The position numbers and the translations under genes are program-made. DNA of 64,000 nucleotides. Origin: an uncultured Nitrososphaerota archaeon. Its GTDB lineage: Archaea; Thermoproteota; Nitrososphaeria; Nitrososphaerales; Gagatemarchaeaceae. The DNA is taken from contig CAWISW010000001.1 of assembly GCA_963838925.1 (NCBI GenBank), forward strand, positions 64,001 through 128,000, in the 5' to 3' direction. Below the pieces are notes generated by a model. That model was not told the origin of the DNA and did not search any database. It worked only from the letters and a program-made list of their open reading frames with translations. Positions 54,576 through 64,000 of the stretch are shown here, one piece after another (position 1 is the first letter of the stretch; every line of letters begins with the position of its first letter).

Positions 54576-57200
54576 ATGCGTGGCCGCTTGCCTGCAAGAA
54601 GATGGCTGCCTCTCGCGACCCTCGCCCTCCTCGCGTTGAGCCTCTTCCCTCCTGGCCTGCGGTCTGCTTTCAGCTTCACCAACAACCAGGGCGCTTCCGT
54701 TGCCGTTGGGGAGCCCGACTTCGTCTCGAGCGTCTACCCCACGAGCGCCCTTAAGATCCCGAGCAACTTCGCGTTCGGCCCCTCGGGGGCGATGTGGATA
54801 GCCGACTCGGGGAACAACAGGATCCTCGAGGAGCCGAACCCCGCCCCCGGGTCGAGCCTCACCTTCCAGACCGTGCTCGGCCAGTTCGCCTTGAACGGGG
54901 CACTCCCGACCGTGACGCAGAACGGCATCGACAACCCCTCCGGGATGTCCACCGACCCCTCAGGGAACCTCTGGGTCGCCGACACCAACAACAACAGGGT
55001 GCTCGAGTTCGGCGCTCCCTTCACGCCCGGGGAGGCGGCCTCGTTGGTGCTAGGGCAGGCCAACTTCACCGCGTATGCATCCTCATCCGCGCCGACCGGC
55101 ATGTACCTGCCCGCCGACGTCACCTTCGACTCCAAGGGTAACCTCTGGGTGACAGACGCCGGGAACAACCGCATCCTCGAGTTCCAGCCCCCGTTTAGCG
55201 GCGACATGTCTGCCTCTCTCGCGATAGGCCAGCCCAGTCTCAACTCCACGACGAGCGGAGACTCTACGAGCACCCTCAACTATCCGACCGACGCCACCTT
55301 CGACTCGTCGGGGAACCTCTTGGTCGCCGATGCCAGCAACAACAGGATCGTGGAATACAAGGCTCCGCTTACCACGGGGATGGCGGCCTCTCTCGTGATC
55401 GGCCAGCAGGGCTTCAACTCGGCGACCTCTGCGGCCTCTCAGAGCGGCCTGAACTTCCCCGGGAGCCTAGCCTTCGACTCGACCGGGAACCTCTGGGTAG
55501 CGGACGCCTCCAACAACAGGGTCGTCGAGTTCAAGGCCCCCTTCGCCACGGGGATGTCCGCCTCCGTCGTGCTCGGGCAGGCTGGCTTCACGACCAACTC
55601 CACCGCGACGTCGCCCACAGGGATGTACAACCCCTCGGAGGTGGGGTTCAACCCTAGCGGAGACCTGTGGGTGGCAGACTCCTACAACAACAGGCTCCTC
55701 GAGTTCGCCCCTCCGTTCGCCAGCGGGGCCTCGGCGAGCTTCCAGCTGGGGCAGTCCGACTACACCTCGAGCGTCTTTCAGGGGCAGCTGAGCCTCTTCG
55801 ACCCTGAGTCGGTCGCGTTCGACCATTCGGGCGACCTCTGGGCGGTGGACACCCAGAACAACCGTGTGCTCGAGTACCCGCCCCCGCTCGCGACCGGGAT
55901 GAGCGCCTCACTCGCGATAGGCCAGACGAGCCTCATGCGGAGCCTCGCGGGGGCCACGAGGAGCAACCTCTCCAACCCCTTCGCAGCGGCGTTCGACAGC
56001 TCTGGGGACCTGTGGGTGAGCGACTCCAGCAACAACAGGGTCCTCGAGTTCGTGCCCCCGTTCACCACCGGAATGAACGCCAGCGTGGTCATCGGCCAGC
56101 TCACGTTCGGGACCTCGTCGCCGTCCCTCTCGCCTTCGGGCTTGAACTACCCAACGGGCGTCGCGTTCGACCCGAGCGGCAACCTGTGGGTCGCGGACAC
56201 CCTCAACAGCAGGGTCCTCGAGTTCAAACCTCCGTTCACAAGCGGCATGTCGGCCTCCCTCGTCATCGGGCAGGTCTCCTTCGGCTCCTCCAACCCCGGG
56301 ACGTCCTCGGGGCAGCTCGCCTACCCGATAGGGCTGACGTTCGACTCCTTCGGCAACCTGTGGGTCGCCGACTCCTTCAACAGCCGCGTGCTCGGGTTCG
56401 CCTCTCCCCTCTCTTCCGGCGAGCGCGCCTCCCTCGTAATCGGCCAGCCGCTCTTCACCTCGGGCCTTCCCGAGACGACGCAGAGCGGCCTCTACCTGCC
56501 CGAGTCCGTCGCTTTCGACCAGTCTGGCAACCTGTGGGTGTCGGACAGGGGCAACAACAGGGTGCTGGAGTTCTCCTCCCACCTCTCCTCAGGAATGTCC
56601 GCCGAGACCGTCATAGGGCAGGCTGGGTACTTCTCCAGGACGGGAACGACCAGCCAGACGGGCCTGAGCGGACCCGTGGGGCTATCGTTCGACGCCTCTG
56701 GGAACCTATGGCTGGCGGACAGCAGCAACAACAGGCTGCTCGAGTTCCAAGGGCCAGGCGTCACGACCAGCAGCTCGACCAGCACATCAACATCAATTTC
56801 TACATCGACCACCAACACCTCTTCGGTCTCGTCGACATCATCGACCACGTCGAGCACTTCGACTTCCTCAACTACGTCGACAACTTCGTCCACGACCACA
56901 TCCTCGACCTCCACAAGCTCGACCACGACGACATCGTCGTCTTCCACAAGCAGCAACTCCTTCGTCACGGTCAGCGTCACCACCTACTCGACGTCCCTGC
57001 CGACCCTCCCAACGACGACAGCCACCTCAACGGCATCGAGCGCAGCGTCCTCTTCCTCCACGGCGACAACGACATCCACGGTCCCGGAGTTCCCATTGGG
57101 CGCGCCGATCGTGCTCATCACGGTCGTCTTCGCAGTCGCGATTGTTGCCTCAAGCCTGAGGCGTCGGAATCAGGAACTCGCCTCCTCTTCGGATTTATAG
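54576..57200 (+). CDS. NHL-repeat surface protein with S/T stalk and PEF-CTERM anchor
   Basis: 12 W(V)AD..NNR.LE repeats, about 100-aa S/T tract, VPEFP + TM + RRR. Confidence 0.9.
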   Translation: MRGRLPARRWLPLATLALLALSLFPPGLRSAFSFTNNQGASVAVGEPDFVSSVYPTSALKIPSNFAFGPSGAMWIADSGNNRILEEPNPAPGSSLTFQTVLGQFALNGALPTVTQNGIDNPSGMSTDPSGNLWVADTNNNRVLEFGAPFTPGEAASLVLGQANFTAYASSSAPTGMYLPADVTFDSKGNLWVTDAGNNRILEFQPPFSGDMSASLAIGQPSLNSTTSGDSTSTLNYPTDATFDSSGNLLVADASNNRIVEYKAPLTTGMAASLVIGQQGFNSATSAASQSGLNFPGSLAFDSTGNLWVADASNNRVVEFKAPFATGMSASVVLGQAGFTTNSTATSPTGMYNPSEVGFNPSGDLWVADSYNNRLLEFAPPFASGASASFQLGQSDYTSSVFQGQLSLFDPESVAFDHSGDLWAVDTQNNRVLEYPPPLATGMSASLAIGQTSLMRSLAGATRSNLSNPFAAAFDSSGDLWVSDSSNNRVLEFVPPFTTGMNASVVIGQLTFGTSSPSLSPSGLNYPTGVAFDPSGNLWVADTLNSRVLEFKPPFTSGMSASLVIGQVSFGSSNPGTSSGQLAYPIGLTFDSFGNLWVADSFNSRVLGFASPLSSGERASLVIGQPLFTSGLPETTQSGLYLPESVAFDQSGNLWVSDRGNNRVLEFSSHLSSGMSAETVIGQAGYFSRTGTTSQTGLSGPVGLSFDASGNLWLADSSNNRLLEFQGPGVTTSSSTSTSTSISTSTTNTSSVSSTSSTTSSTSTSSTTSTTSSTTTSSTSTSSTTTTSSSSTSSNSFVTVSVTTYSTSLPTLPTTTATSTASSAASSSSTATTTSTVPEFPLGAPIVLITVVFAVAIVASSLRRRNQELASSSDL

Positions 57201-57224
57201 GCGCCCGGACAAGGCACTCGCAGG

Positions 57225-59024
57225 TTGCTCCTCGGGTATCTCGAGTTCGTCGCCCTCCTCTTTCTCCCGGGCGCCGCGTTCATCGAAATCTTCAAGCTCG
57301 GTGGCGAATTCTCATTCGCGGAGCGGCTCGGCCTCGCGTTCGGTCTGAGCATGGCGGTAGACGTACTGGTCCTCGCCTTTCGGACTAGCGGGCTCCTCAT
57401 CGGAGGGCAGCTGATGGTCGGGATTTTCCCGGGGACTCTTGAGCTGATGCTGGGGGCGGCCCTCGTCGCGTTTATCGCGCCCGTCGCGCTAAGGCGGAAG
57501 TTGACCTTCTACGTCCAGCCCACTCGAACAGACCTCTGTGTTCTGGGGCTAGTCGCCGCGCAGGCGCTCCTTGTGTACGCGCATTTTTCGAAGTACCCGA
57601 TATTCCCGGAGTACCAGAGCGCTGATTTTCTGCAACACGTGCAGATTACGGCAGACTTGCAGGCAGGCAGGCTCACCATGTTTCCAGGCGGGATTCTGTA
57701 TTATGGCGCGCACCTACTCATGGGCTCGCTGGTCTCGCTCTCTGGGGACTTGGTCTTGGTGGCCACCCAATACGCGATGTGGATCCTCACCGCGTTCTCG
57801 CCCCTGCTGGTCTTCGTGGCCGTGAACTCCGTGACCCAGTCAAGGCGCGTAGGCCTCCTCGCATCGCTCCTCTACGTCTCCACGGGCTTTGTGTGGTATG
57901 GGAGCGTCTTCGACGCTGGTCTCTACGCGAACTTCTACGGGCTCCTCTCGATGTTGTTGCTATTCGGGCTCGTTCCGGCGGTGCTAAGGCAACCGCGGAG
58001 CCCAGGCGTCTGGGTGGCGTTCTTGTTGGCCTTGGGGAGCGGGTACCTCTCTCACTACTCGTTCGTCACGGTCGTTCCCGCCCTGATTGCGCTGCCCCTC
58101 GCCTTCCTGTTCCTTGAAAAAAGGTTCAGCCTCGTCAGCATGGCTGTACCCGCCATCGCGGTCCTCCCCGGGGTGACCGCGGCAATCCTGAGGCCTGACC
58201 TAGTCACACTCCTTCTCCAGTTTGTCCAGGCGCAGGGCGGGGGGAGCATCACAGGCAACACCGCCCTGTCCCAGTACATGGCCGGATGGCCGGTCTTGCG
58301 GTATACGGTCGTAGAGATAACGAACGACCTCGCGTCCGTCGTGGTGCTGGTGCTCGCTGCTGCGGGAACGTACTTGGCGATTCGGGGCAAGAACCCGCTC
58401 ACATGGATGGCCGTTATCTGGCTCGTTGCACTCCTAGTGGTCGCGCCCTTCTCGGAGGCCGCTTGGCGCTTCTCGTACATGGCGCTCGTTCCGCTCCTGA
58501 TTGTCGCTTCGGTCGCCTTGGACAAGATTATACCACAGTGGAGCCCAACCATGGTCAAGAGGAGCAAGATGCGCGCGAAGCGGGGCACCCCTCCCTACCG
58601 CTTGGCGCTACTCGGGGTCGTCTTTCTACTGTTGGTCGTCAACTCGTGGAGCTGGTCGCTCGTCGCTGATGCTGCCACCAACAACGGGGCAACGAACCAA
58701 GTCCAGCACGGGATTCTGGTCTCCATGCAGTGGATGAACTCGACCCTCCCGCGGCCCAGCAACATCGTTTCTGTGACGAGCTTCGATTATAACTACTTCT
58801 TCCTGCTTTTTGGCAGGGGCTCCGGATACGCGCCCCTCGCCACGCCCGATGAGATCGCGTTCGCTTCCAACGGGAGCGCCACCCCCACGTATGTCGTCCT
58901 GACCAAGATCGCCACGGTCACGGTCCCTCCCGACCAGAACCCCTTCAGCCTGTACCCTTCAGACTCTAGATTCCAGCTTGTCTACAATTCCAGTGGTGTC
59001 TTTATCTACAAATTGGCTCCCTAA
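57225..59024 (+). CDS. Multi-pass GT-C-like membrane protein
   Basis: DFLQH, GLYANFYGLLS, SHYS, AWRFSY, SMQWMNSTLP; paralog of 28426-30228. Confidence 0.72.
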   Translation: MLLGYLEFVALLFLPGAAFIEIFKLGGEFSFAERLGLAFGLSMAVDVLVLAFRTSGLLIGGQLMVGIFPGTLELMLGAALVAFIAPVALRRKLTFYVQPTRTDLCVLGLVAAQALLVYAHFSKYPIFPEYQSADFLQHVQITADLQAGRLTMFPGGILYYGAHLLMGSLVSLSGDLVLVATQYAMWILTAFSPLLVFVAVNSVTQSRRVGLLASLLYVSTGFVWYGSVFDAGLYANFYGLLSMLLLFGLVPAVLRQPRSPGVWVAFLLALGSGYLSHYSFVTVVPALIALPLAFLFLEKRFSLVSMAVPAIAVLPGVTAAILRPDLVTLLLQFVQAQGGGSITGNTALSQYMAGWPVLRYTVVEITNDLASVVVLVLAAAGTYLAIRGKNPLTWMAVIWLVALLVVAPFSEAAWRFSYMALVPLLIVASVALDKIIPQWSPTMVKRSKMRAKRGTPPYRLALLGVVFLLLVVNSWSWSLVADAATNNGATNQVQHGILVSMQWMNSTLPRPSNIVSVTSFDYNYFFLLFGRGSGYAPLATPDEIAFASNGSATPTYVVLTKIATVTVPPDQNPFSLYPSDSRFQLVYNSSGVFIYKLAP

Positions 59025-59227
59025 GAGTGCAAGACAGAGCCGAAATTCGGGTTCGGAATCACGAACCGAAACAGATGGTAATAATCAGGCGGAAGTCTTC
59101 TTTTTCAGGAAAACAAGGCAAGTTTGCGCTTCTACTCGTCAATTCGAGCCCAAATCTGCCTATAAATAGACGAATCATCCACAAGCGTTATATACAATAA
59201 TTTGGAAGCTCAAAGTTACGAAAATAA

Positions 59228-62200
59228 GTGAATAGTATGCAAATGCATATCTCACAGAACAACAAACTAGCTTCAATAGGAACTGTCGGACTGTTATTCC
59301 TCGCAGGGATAGCAGGTATCGTCTTTCTGCTGCCGGTCTCACCGGCTCATGCAGCGAGCGCATCTGTTACCCTGTCGGCTTCGTCCGGCACGGTGGGCTC
59401 TTTCGTTACCATCACTGGTAAGGGATTCAGCCCGAGTGCCGACGTCGGAATAGAGTTCGGCACGACTCTAATCAATACATTCGGCACATCCGCAAGCTAC
59501 CCAACCGTAGCAAGCATCATAGACACTGGAGTCACCAACCAGGCCAGTCCGACCCCACTTGGCATGCAAGCATGCTCCGCTACCAACCCATGCATCAGGA
59601 CTGATGCAAACGGATGGTTCGAGGCGATCATTGCTGTGCCACCCACAGTGAACGGGGCTCAGACTGTGACTGTGTCTGACGGTTCAGTGACAGCAACAAC
59701 CACTTTCACGACCAACGCAAACGTCCTGATCTCCACCTCCAGCACCAGCGTGAGCGCACTCACCTCTGGCCTTCCAGACGAGTCGTTCCCGGTGACCATC
59801 GTCGCAACCGGCTTCGCAGCATCTGACACTGTCGCATTCAGTGCAGCAGTGTTCGGTGGTGTGAACGGAGCGACTACGCCAGGAATAGCAACAACACCCG
59901 CAGCACTTACGGCCTACCTGACGTCGACAACAGTGACGCCAGCGGGCGAATCCACCAGCGGCGTGATGTACACTAGCGGGCCCGGCATCGCACAATCGGC
60001 CACCACAGCGGTGGTCCCAAGCGATGTCCTTGGAGGAAAGCAGAACATTGTTGCCACCGGAACCTCCGGTGTGACATCGACAACCAGCTTCACCATCAAC
60101 CCCGTGATCGCATTGTACCAGACCCAGACGGGAACAACTGTATTCTCGATGGGCGGTGCCCCCAACCAAGCCATATTCCTTGAAGGGTATGGCTTCGCAG
60201 CGGGAACGATCGCGGCTAGCTCAATCACTGCAGGAGGGGTTGCACTCAGCAATCCAGTAGTCACCGTCGGATCGACGGGGACCGTCGGTGCTGGGGCGGG
60301 CAATCACTTGCTCATGACCTCCGGCAGCGCCGGGCTCTCACAGGGCCAGACGAGCATCGTCGTAGTAGACGGAACAAACACATACACCTTCAGCTATGCT
60401 AACCACAACATCATCAACCCATTCGGCACAGGCGGCAAGGGGCAAGACAGCTTTGGAAACTATCTGCCGAAGAGCTACGCCATTCCTGGCTGGAGCTCTA
60501 GCGTGGCAGTGACCATTGCCACCGGCGCCGTTGCAGCGAACGGATACGGTGCTCCATTCGTCGTATCGACGCCAGGAGGCTCCGGGACCGTCGCCACAAT
60601 CACAACCAGTGCGTCCGCCTACAAGGGCGGGTCGACCAGCTTGGTGACCTTCTTCGGAAGCGGCTTCGCCGCTTCTACCCCTCCAACGATTCCAGCAACA
60701 TGGACGCCCGCCACAGGGGGTGCGACCATCACGTTCGGCGGCACAACCGCCGTTGACGCGTATGGCGCCTTCTGGGACGTCGCTTCCGGCGGAAGCTCCT
60801 CATCCACAACCAACACGAACGTTGCAACAATCGCCTACCTAGGCGACATTCCAGCGCCTGTCTCGCCTGCAACGTACTCCTTCACCGCAACAGGCGGCGG
60901 AGTCGCTGCAATCCAGACGCCAACGCTGGGCATCACATCGTGGCTGAGCCCATCCACACAGACACTATCATACGGCAGCACATGGCCATCAGTAGTCTTC
61001 CACGGCTTTGCTTCAGGGAACACATGCTCCTTGAGCACACCGACGGGTTCCATAGCCATCACAGGAACCTGCACGATAGCAACGAATGGTGCCTACACGG
61101 CAACCATTACCGCCGCTGACCTACCTGGCGGCGCGAACCTCGTGACGGGATCCGATGGCGTGAACACGGGAACGTCTACCTTGACCGTCCTGGCCGTGAA
61201 CCTCTATGGAGGTTCGAGCACCACACAGGGGTTGTCCCTGAACAACGGAGCTGCTGGATCGACAACGATCCTCAGAACCAGCTCAGGTTCAACTCTCTTT
61301 GGAGTGCACGGACTTTCAGCAAGCACAACCTACTCCGTAGTGTGGGACCCAACTCAGGGTACTGAAACCACCCTCGGATCCTTCACATCCACTGCAACCG
61401 GCGGGATTCCGGCACCTGGAGTACAGGTGACCATTCCAGTCGGTGCGGCGGGCATCCACATCATCGGGCTCAAGACAGCCTCCGGAACCTACGTGTTCTG
61501 GAACGCAATAGGGACTTCGACGACCACTGCAGGCACATCTGTTGACAAGTCGAACAACGTCGTAGGCTCCGTAGGCACTGGCCAATGGGGAGACGGCCTG
61601 TTCACTCTCGGCGCTAGCCTCATCGCTACGCCAACAGTCGCCAACGTCGGCGGCACCGTAGCAATCGGCGGATCCGGACTACCGGCGGGCACGACCTTCG
61701 ACCTAGGAATGTCGATGGCCGGAACCAACGGCGGCTCGAGTCCGTCCATTTGCACAATCGGAGCCACACCCGACGATGCAGCGGCACCGAGCGTAGTCCT
61801 CGGAGCCTTCACCACAACAGCCTCAGGCACCATCCCCAGCCCAACTTCAGTCTCAGTGACTGACATGCCAACATATTCAGGTCTCGAGCAGGGCACGCTT
61901 TACTGCGTGTTCGCACAGACCGCATCAGGCTTCGGTTCGACCAGTGCAACAGGAACCGCTCAGTTCGAACTGCAGGCCTCCGCATCACTCAACATGACCT
62001 CAGCGCCGTCCGGGCACAACGTCCAGGTCTCGGCGCACGCACTCAACGCGGGCAAGGGCTACAACGTCCTCTTCGCGCCATACACCGTATCTGGCACCAG
62101 CAACGTAGCTGGAACTGTCGTAGGTGCAGTCCTCTCCAACGCAGTTGGAGCAGGAATTGGAACCTTCACGGTCCCAAGCACCATCCAGACGCCGACCGGC

Positions 62201-62635
62201 AGCCAACCCGTCTCAAGCGGAGTTGCCTACCAAGTCGAACTCCAGCCAATTGGCGCCAATACAGCAGCCCTCGCTTCAGCACCCTCAATCACAGTCGGCT
62301 CTGTCTCGACATCGTCGTGCAGTAGCACGACATGCGTCACAGTATCCGGCACCCCAACAACGACGACAATCAGCGGCAACAAGGCCGTGCAGTCGTCATT
62401 CACCAACAACTCCAATGCACCAGTGACGGCAATCGTCTTTGCTACCGTGCACAACGCAGCAGGACAGACCGTCGACATCTCAACAGCGACGATCACCGTA
62501 GCAGCAGGAGCGAGCGCCACAGCGTACAACGTACTCTATGGGCTTCCATCCGGCACATACTCGGTGACCTTGTTCGTAACATCGACCAGCGGAACCGCAA
62601 TATCTGGCACGACAACCGTCTCGGTGACTATCTAG
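59228..62635 (+). CDS. slaA: S-layer protein (SlaA-like)
   Basis: Signal peptide, 1135 aa T/S/G/A-rich beta/Ig-like repeats, distinct codon usage, AT-rich promoter, adjacent anchor protein; start may be ATG 59237. Confidence 0.8.
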   Translation: MNSMQMHISQNNKLASIGTVGLLFLAGIAGIVFLLPVSPAHAASASVTLSASSGTVGSFVTITGKGFSPSADVGIEFGTTLINTFGTSASYPTVASIIDTGVTNQASPTPLGMQACSATNPCIRTDANGWFEAIIAVPPTVNGAQTVTVSDGSVTATTTFTTNANVLISTSSTSVSALTSGLPDESFPVTIVATGFAASDTVAFSAAVFGGVNGATTPGIATTPAALTAYLTSTTVTPAGESTSGVMYTSGPGIAQSATTAVVPSDVLGGKQNIVATGTSGVTSTTSFTINPVIALYQTQTGTTVFSMGGAPNQAIFLEGYGFAAGTIAASSITAGGVALSNPVVTVGSTGTVGAGAGNHLLMTSGSAGLSQGQTSIVVVDGTNTYTFSYANHNIINPFGTGGKGQDSFGNYLPKSYAIPGWSSSVAVTIATGAVAANGYGAPFVVSTPGGSGTVATITTSASAYKGGSTSLVTFFGSGFAASTPPTIPATWTPATGGATITFGGTTAVDAYGAFWDVASGGSSSSTTNTNVATIAYLGDIPAPVSPATYSFTATGGGVAAIQTPTLGITSWLSPSTQTLSYGSTWPSVVFHGFASGNTCSLSTPTGSIAITGTCTIATNGAYTATITAADLPGGANLVTGSDGVNTGTSTLTVLAVNLYGGSSTTQGLSLNNGAAGSTTILRTSSGSTLFGVHGLSASTTYSVVWDPTQGTETTLGSFTSTATGGIPAPGVQVTIPVGAAGIHIIGLKTASGTYVFWNAIGTSTTTAGTSVDKSNNVVGSVGTGQWGDGLFTLGASLIATPTVANVGGTVAIGGSGLPAGTTFDLGMSMAGTNGGSSPSICTIGATPDDAAAPSVVLGAFTTTASGTIPSPTSVSVTDMPTYSGLEQGTLYCVFAQTASGFGSTSATGTAQFELQASASLNMTSAPSGHNVQVSAHALNAGKGYNVLFAPYTVSGTSNVAGTVVGAVLSNAVGAGIGTFTVPSTIQTPTGSQPVSSGVAYQVELQPIGANTAALASAPSITVGSVSTSSCSSTTCVTVSGTPTTTTISGNKAVQSSFTNNSNAPVTAIVFATVHNAAGQTVDISTATITVAAGASATAYNVLYGLPSGTYSVTLFVTSTSGTAISGTTTVSVTI

Positions 62636-62642
62636 TCACCAG

Positions 62643-63797
62643 GTGATTGACATGAAGACACTCAGAACCATCGCAGCAGTCGTAGTGGCCTTCGTGTTGG
62701 TCTTCGGACCAACCGTCGCCTTCGCAGCAACCACAATTACCGCGTCACCTAACGCAACAACGTACACTGGAGTGGCAACCGTCCAGATCACGGGTGCCGT
62801 TACTCCCGCGCCGTCCAGCTCGTCTTCATCCGTCGTCGTAACGACGAAGGGTCCAGCGGGCATAGTCGACGTAGGACCGGCACAAGTGGCTACAGGGACG
62901 GGAGCCTACACCTACACGTATGTGACTGGTGGCTCCACAGGCTGGGTCAGCGGGACCTACACGGTCAACGCGACCTGGGGCTTTGGAGGCGTCGTAGCCT
63001 CAACTACGACCTCATACACCTACACAGCGGCAACTGGCGGCGGCGGTTATGCACAGATGACCGTCAACATCCAAGCAGCAGCGTTAACAACGAGTACAGG
63101 CAGCAATGTCTACGTCTCGGTGCTGACTTCGTCTCCAACGGGAACGTTGGACGACGTCGCGACTTGGTCGCCGTTCCATGTCCACTATCCAGACGGGACA
63201 CTCCACAACATCTGCACAGGACCGAGCACGCCAGCAGGTTGCATAGGGACGTTCACCAGAGTCCACACCGGATTCTACTACGTGAACTTCACCCTACCGA
63301 CAACAGCGCTTGCGGGCTTATACGCCGTCCACGCCGGAACCACTGACGCCAACGGCGTCACTGGCGAAGGAATGGGCACGTTCGTCGTGCAGTCAGCAAC
63401 CAGCTCATCTAGCCCCGACGCAGCAGCACTGGCACAGATTTCGACCTCGCTAACGGGTCTGACAACGAGCGTCAGTGGAATTCAGGGTAGCCTCACTACT
63501 CTGACGGGCAGCATCAACGCAATCAACTCTGGCATCTCGACACTCACAACAGACGTCACTGGTCTGCAAACAAGCATGACCGGGTCACTCAACACAATAT
63601 CCACCGGAGTAACTGGGATAACCAACACTCTGAGCGGACTCTCCACAAACCTCACAACAGTCAACGGGATCGGAAACCAGCTGACTTCACTCAACAACGC
63701 TGTCAACAACAACCAGACATACGTTCTGGTAGTTGCAGCACTCGCAGCAATCACTCTAGTCCTCGAACTAGCAATATTAGTAAGGAAGCTGTCTTAA
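62643..63797 (+). CDS. slaB: S-layer membrane anchor (SlaB-like)
   Basis: Signal peptide, beta domains, long heptad coiled-coil stalk, C-terminal TM ending RKLS. Confidence 0.78.
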   Translation: MIDMKTLRTIAAVVVAFVLVFGPTVAFAATTITASPNATTYTGVATVQITGAVTPAPSSSSSSVVVTTKGPAGIVDVGPAQVATGTGAYTYTYVTGGSTGWVSGTYTVNATWGFGGVVASTTTSYTYTAATGGGGYAQMTVNIQAAALTTSTGSNVYVSVLTSSPTGTLDDVATWSPFHVHYPDGTLHNICTGPSTPAGCIGTFTRVHTGFYYVNFTLPTTALAGLYAVHAGTTDANGVTGEGMGTFVVQSATSSSSPDAAALAQISTSLTGLTTSVSGIQGSLTTLTGSINAINSGISTLTTDVTGLQTSMTGSLNTISTGVTGITNTLSGLSTNLTTVNGIGNQLTSLNNAVNNNQTYVLVVAALAAITLVLELAILVRKLS

Positions 63798-63807
63798 GCT
63801 AGGGCAG

Positions 63808-63830
63808 CTTCTTTCCTTCTTTATTTTTCC
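63808..63830 (+). terminator. Oligo-T terminator after slaB
   Basis: CTTCTTTCCTTCTTTATTTTTCC. Confidence 0.6.
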
Positions 63831-64000
63831 AGACCTAGCGTGAGCTCTAGTTTTGCAAACGAAGGCGTCTTCCAGTTCCAACGGCCGCGAAGTATGACTC
63901 ATGTGCTAAGGGAATTCTTGCCGGTCGTCCGACGAGATTTCAGTGTGGGTTCCTTCGAGCAATGCTCCGCACGTGGATTGCGAAGTCGAGATACGAACCC

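Noticed and set aside
56760-57082. Non-coding simple-sequence repeat
   Set aside because: It is the in-frame Ser/Thr stalk of the NHL protein, with varied codons.
63894-64000. Gene starting at the window end
   Set aside because: An open frame from ATG 63894 is too short to support and shows no motif.
1-64000. Many long antisense and alternate-frame ORFs; CRISPR arrays; rRNA genes
   Set aside because: Shadow ORFs are expected with high GC3 and overlap well-supported genes; no repeat-spacer array or rRNA signature was seen.

Overview
High-GC archaeal chromosome segment, most likely a deep-branching non-ammonia-oxidising Nitrososphaerota/TACK lineage (inferred from gene order, S-layer type and PEF-CTERM protein). 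The backbone is core genes: a liv ABC transporter, purA, dys, glmS, the rps13-rps4-rps11-rpoD-rpl18e-rpl13-rps9-rpoN-eno-rps2-mvk-ipk-idsA-gltX cluster, the rpl7ae-rps28e-rpl24e-ndk-infB-rps6e-eif2g-PIN-rpoE1-spt4-DUF359-rps24e-rps27ae cluster, and a surface locus (NHL protein, GT-C protein, slaA/slaB). Accessory DNA sits at many operon junctions: five intact toxin-antitoxin pairs (one inside a tRNA-Ser-bounded mini-island), a free-standing LAGLIDADG protein and a 640-aa intein in aIF2-gamma. The best candidate for an undescribed system lies between ndk and infB. There an intact but catalytically degenerate IS6-family transposase derivative is transcribed divergently from a canonical ftsZ, and an inverted pair of IS-end-like 13-mers sits next to the two start codons. 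A small TPR-like gene and a stand-alone copy of the S-layer C-terminal domain flank the pair. TTG starts are very frequent, and mvk and livH appear to need CTG and ATC starts. All family assignments are from motif recognition by eye; no searches were run.
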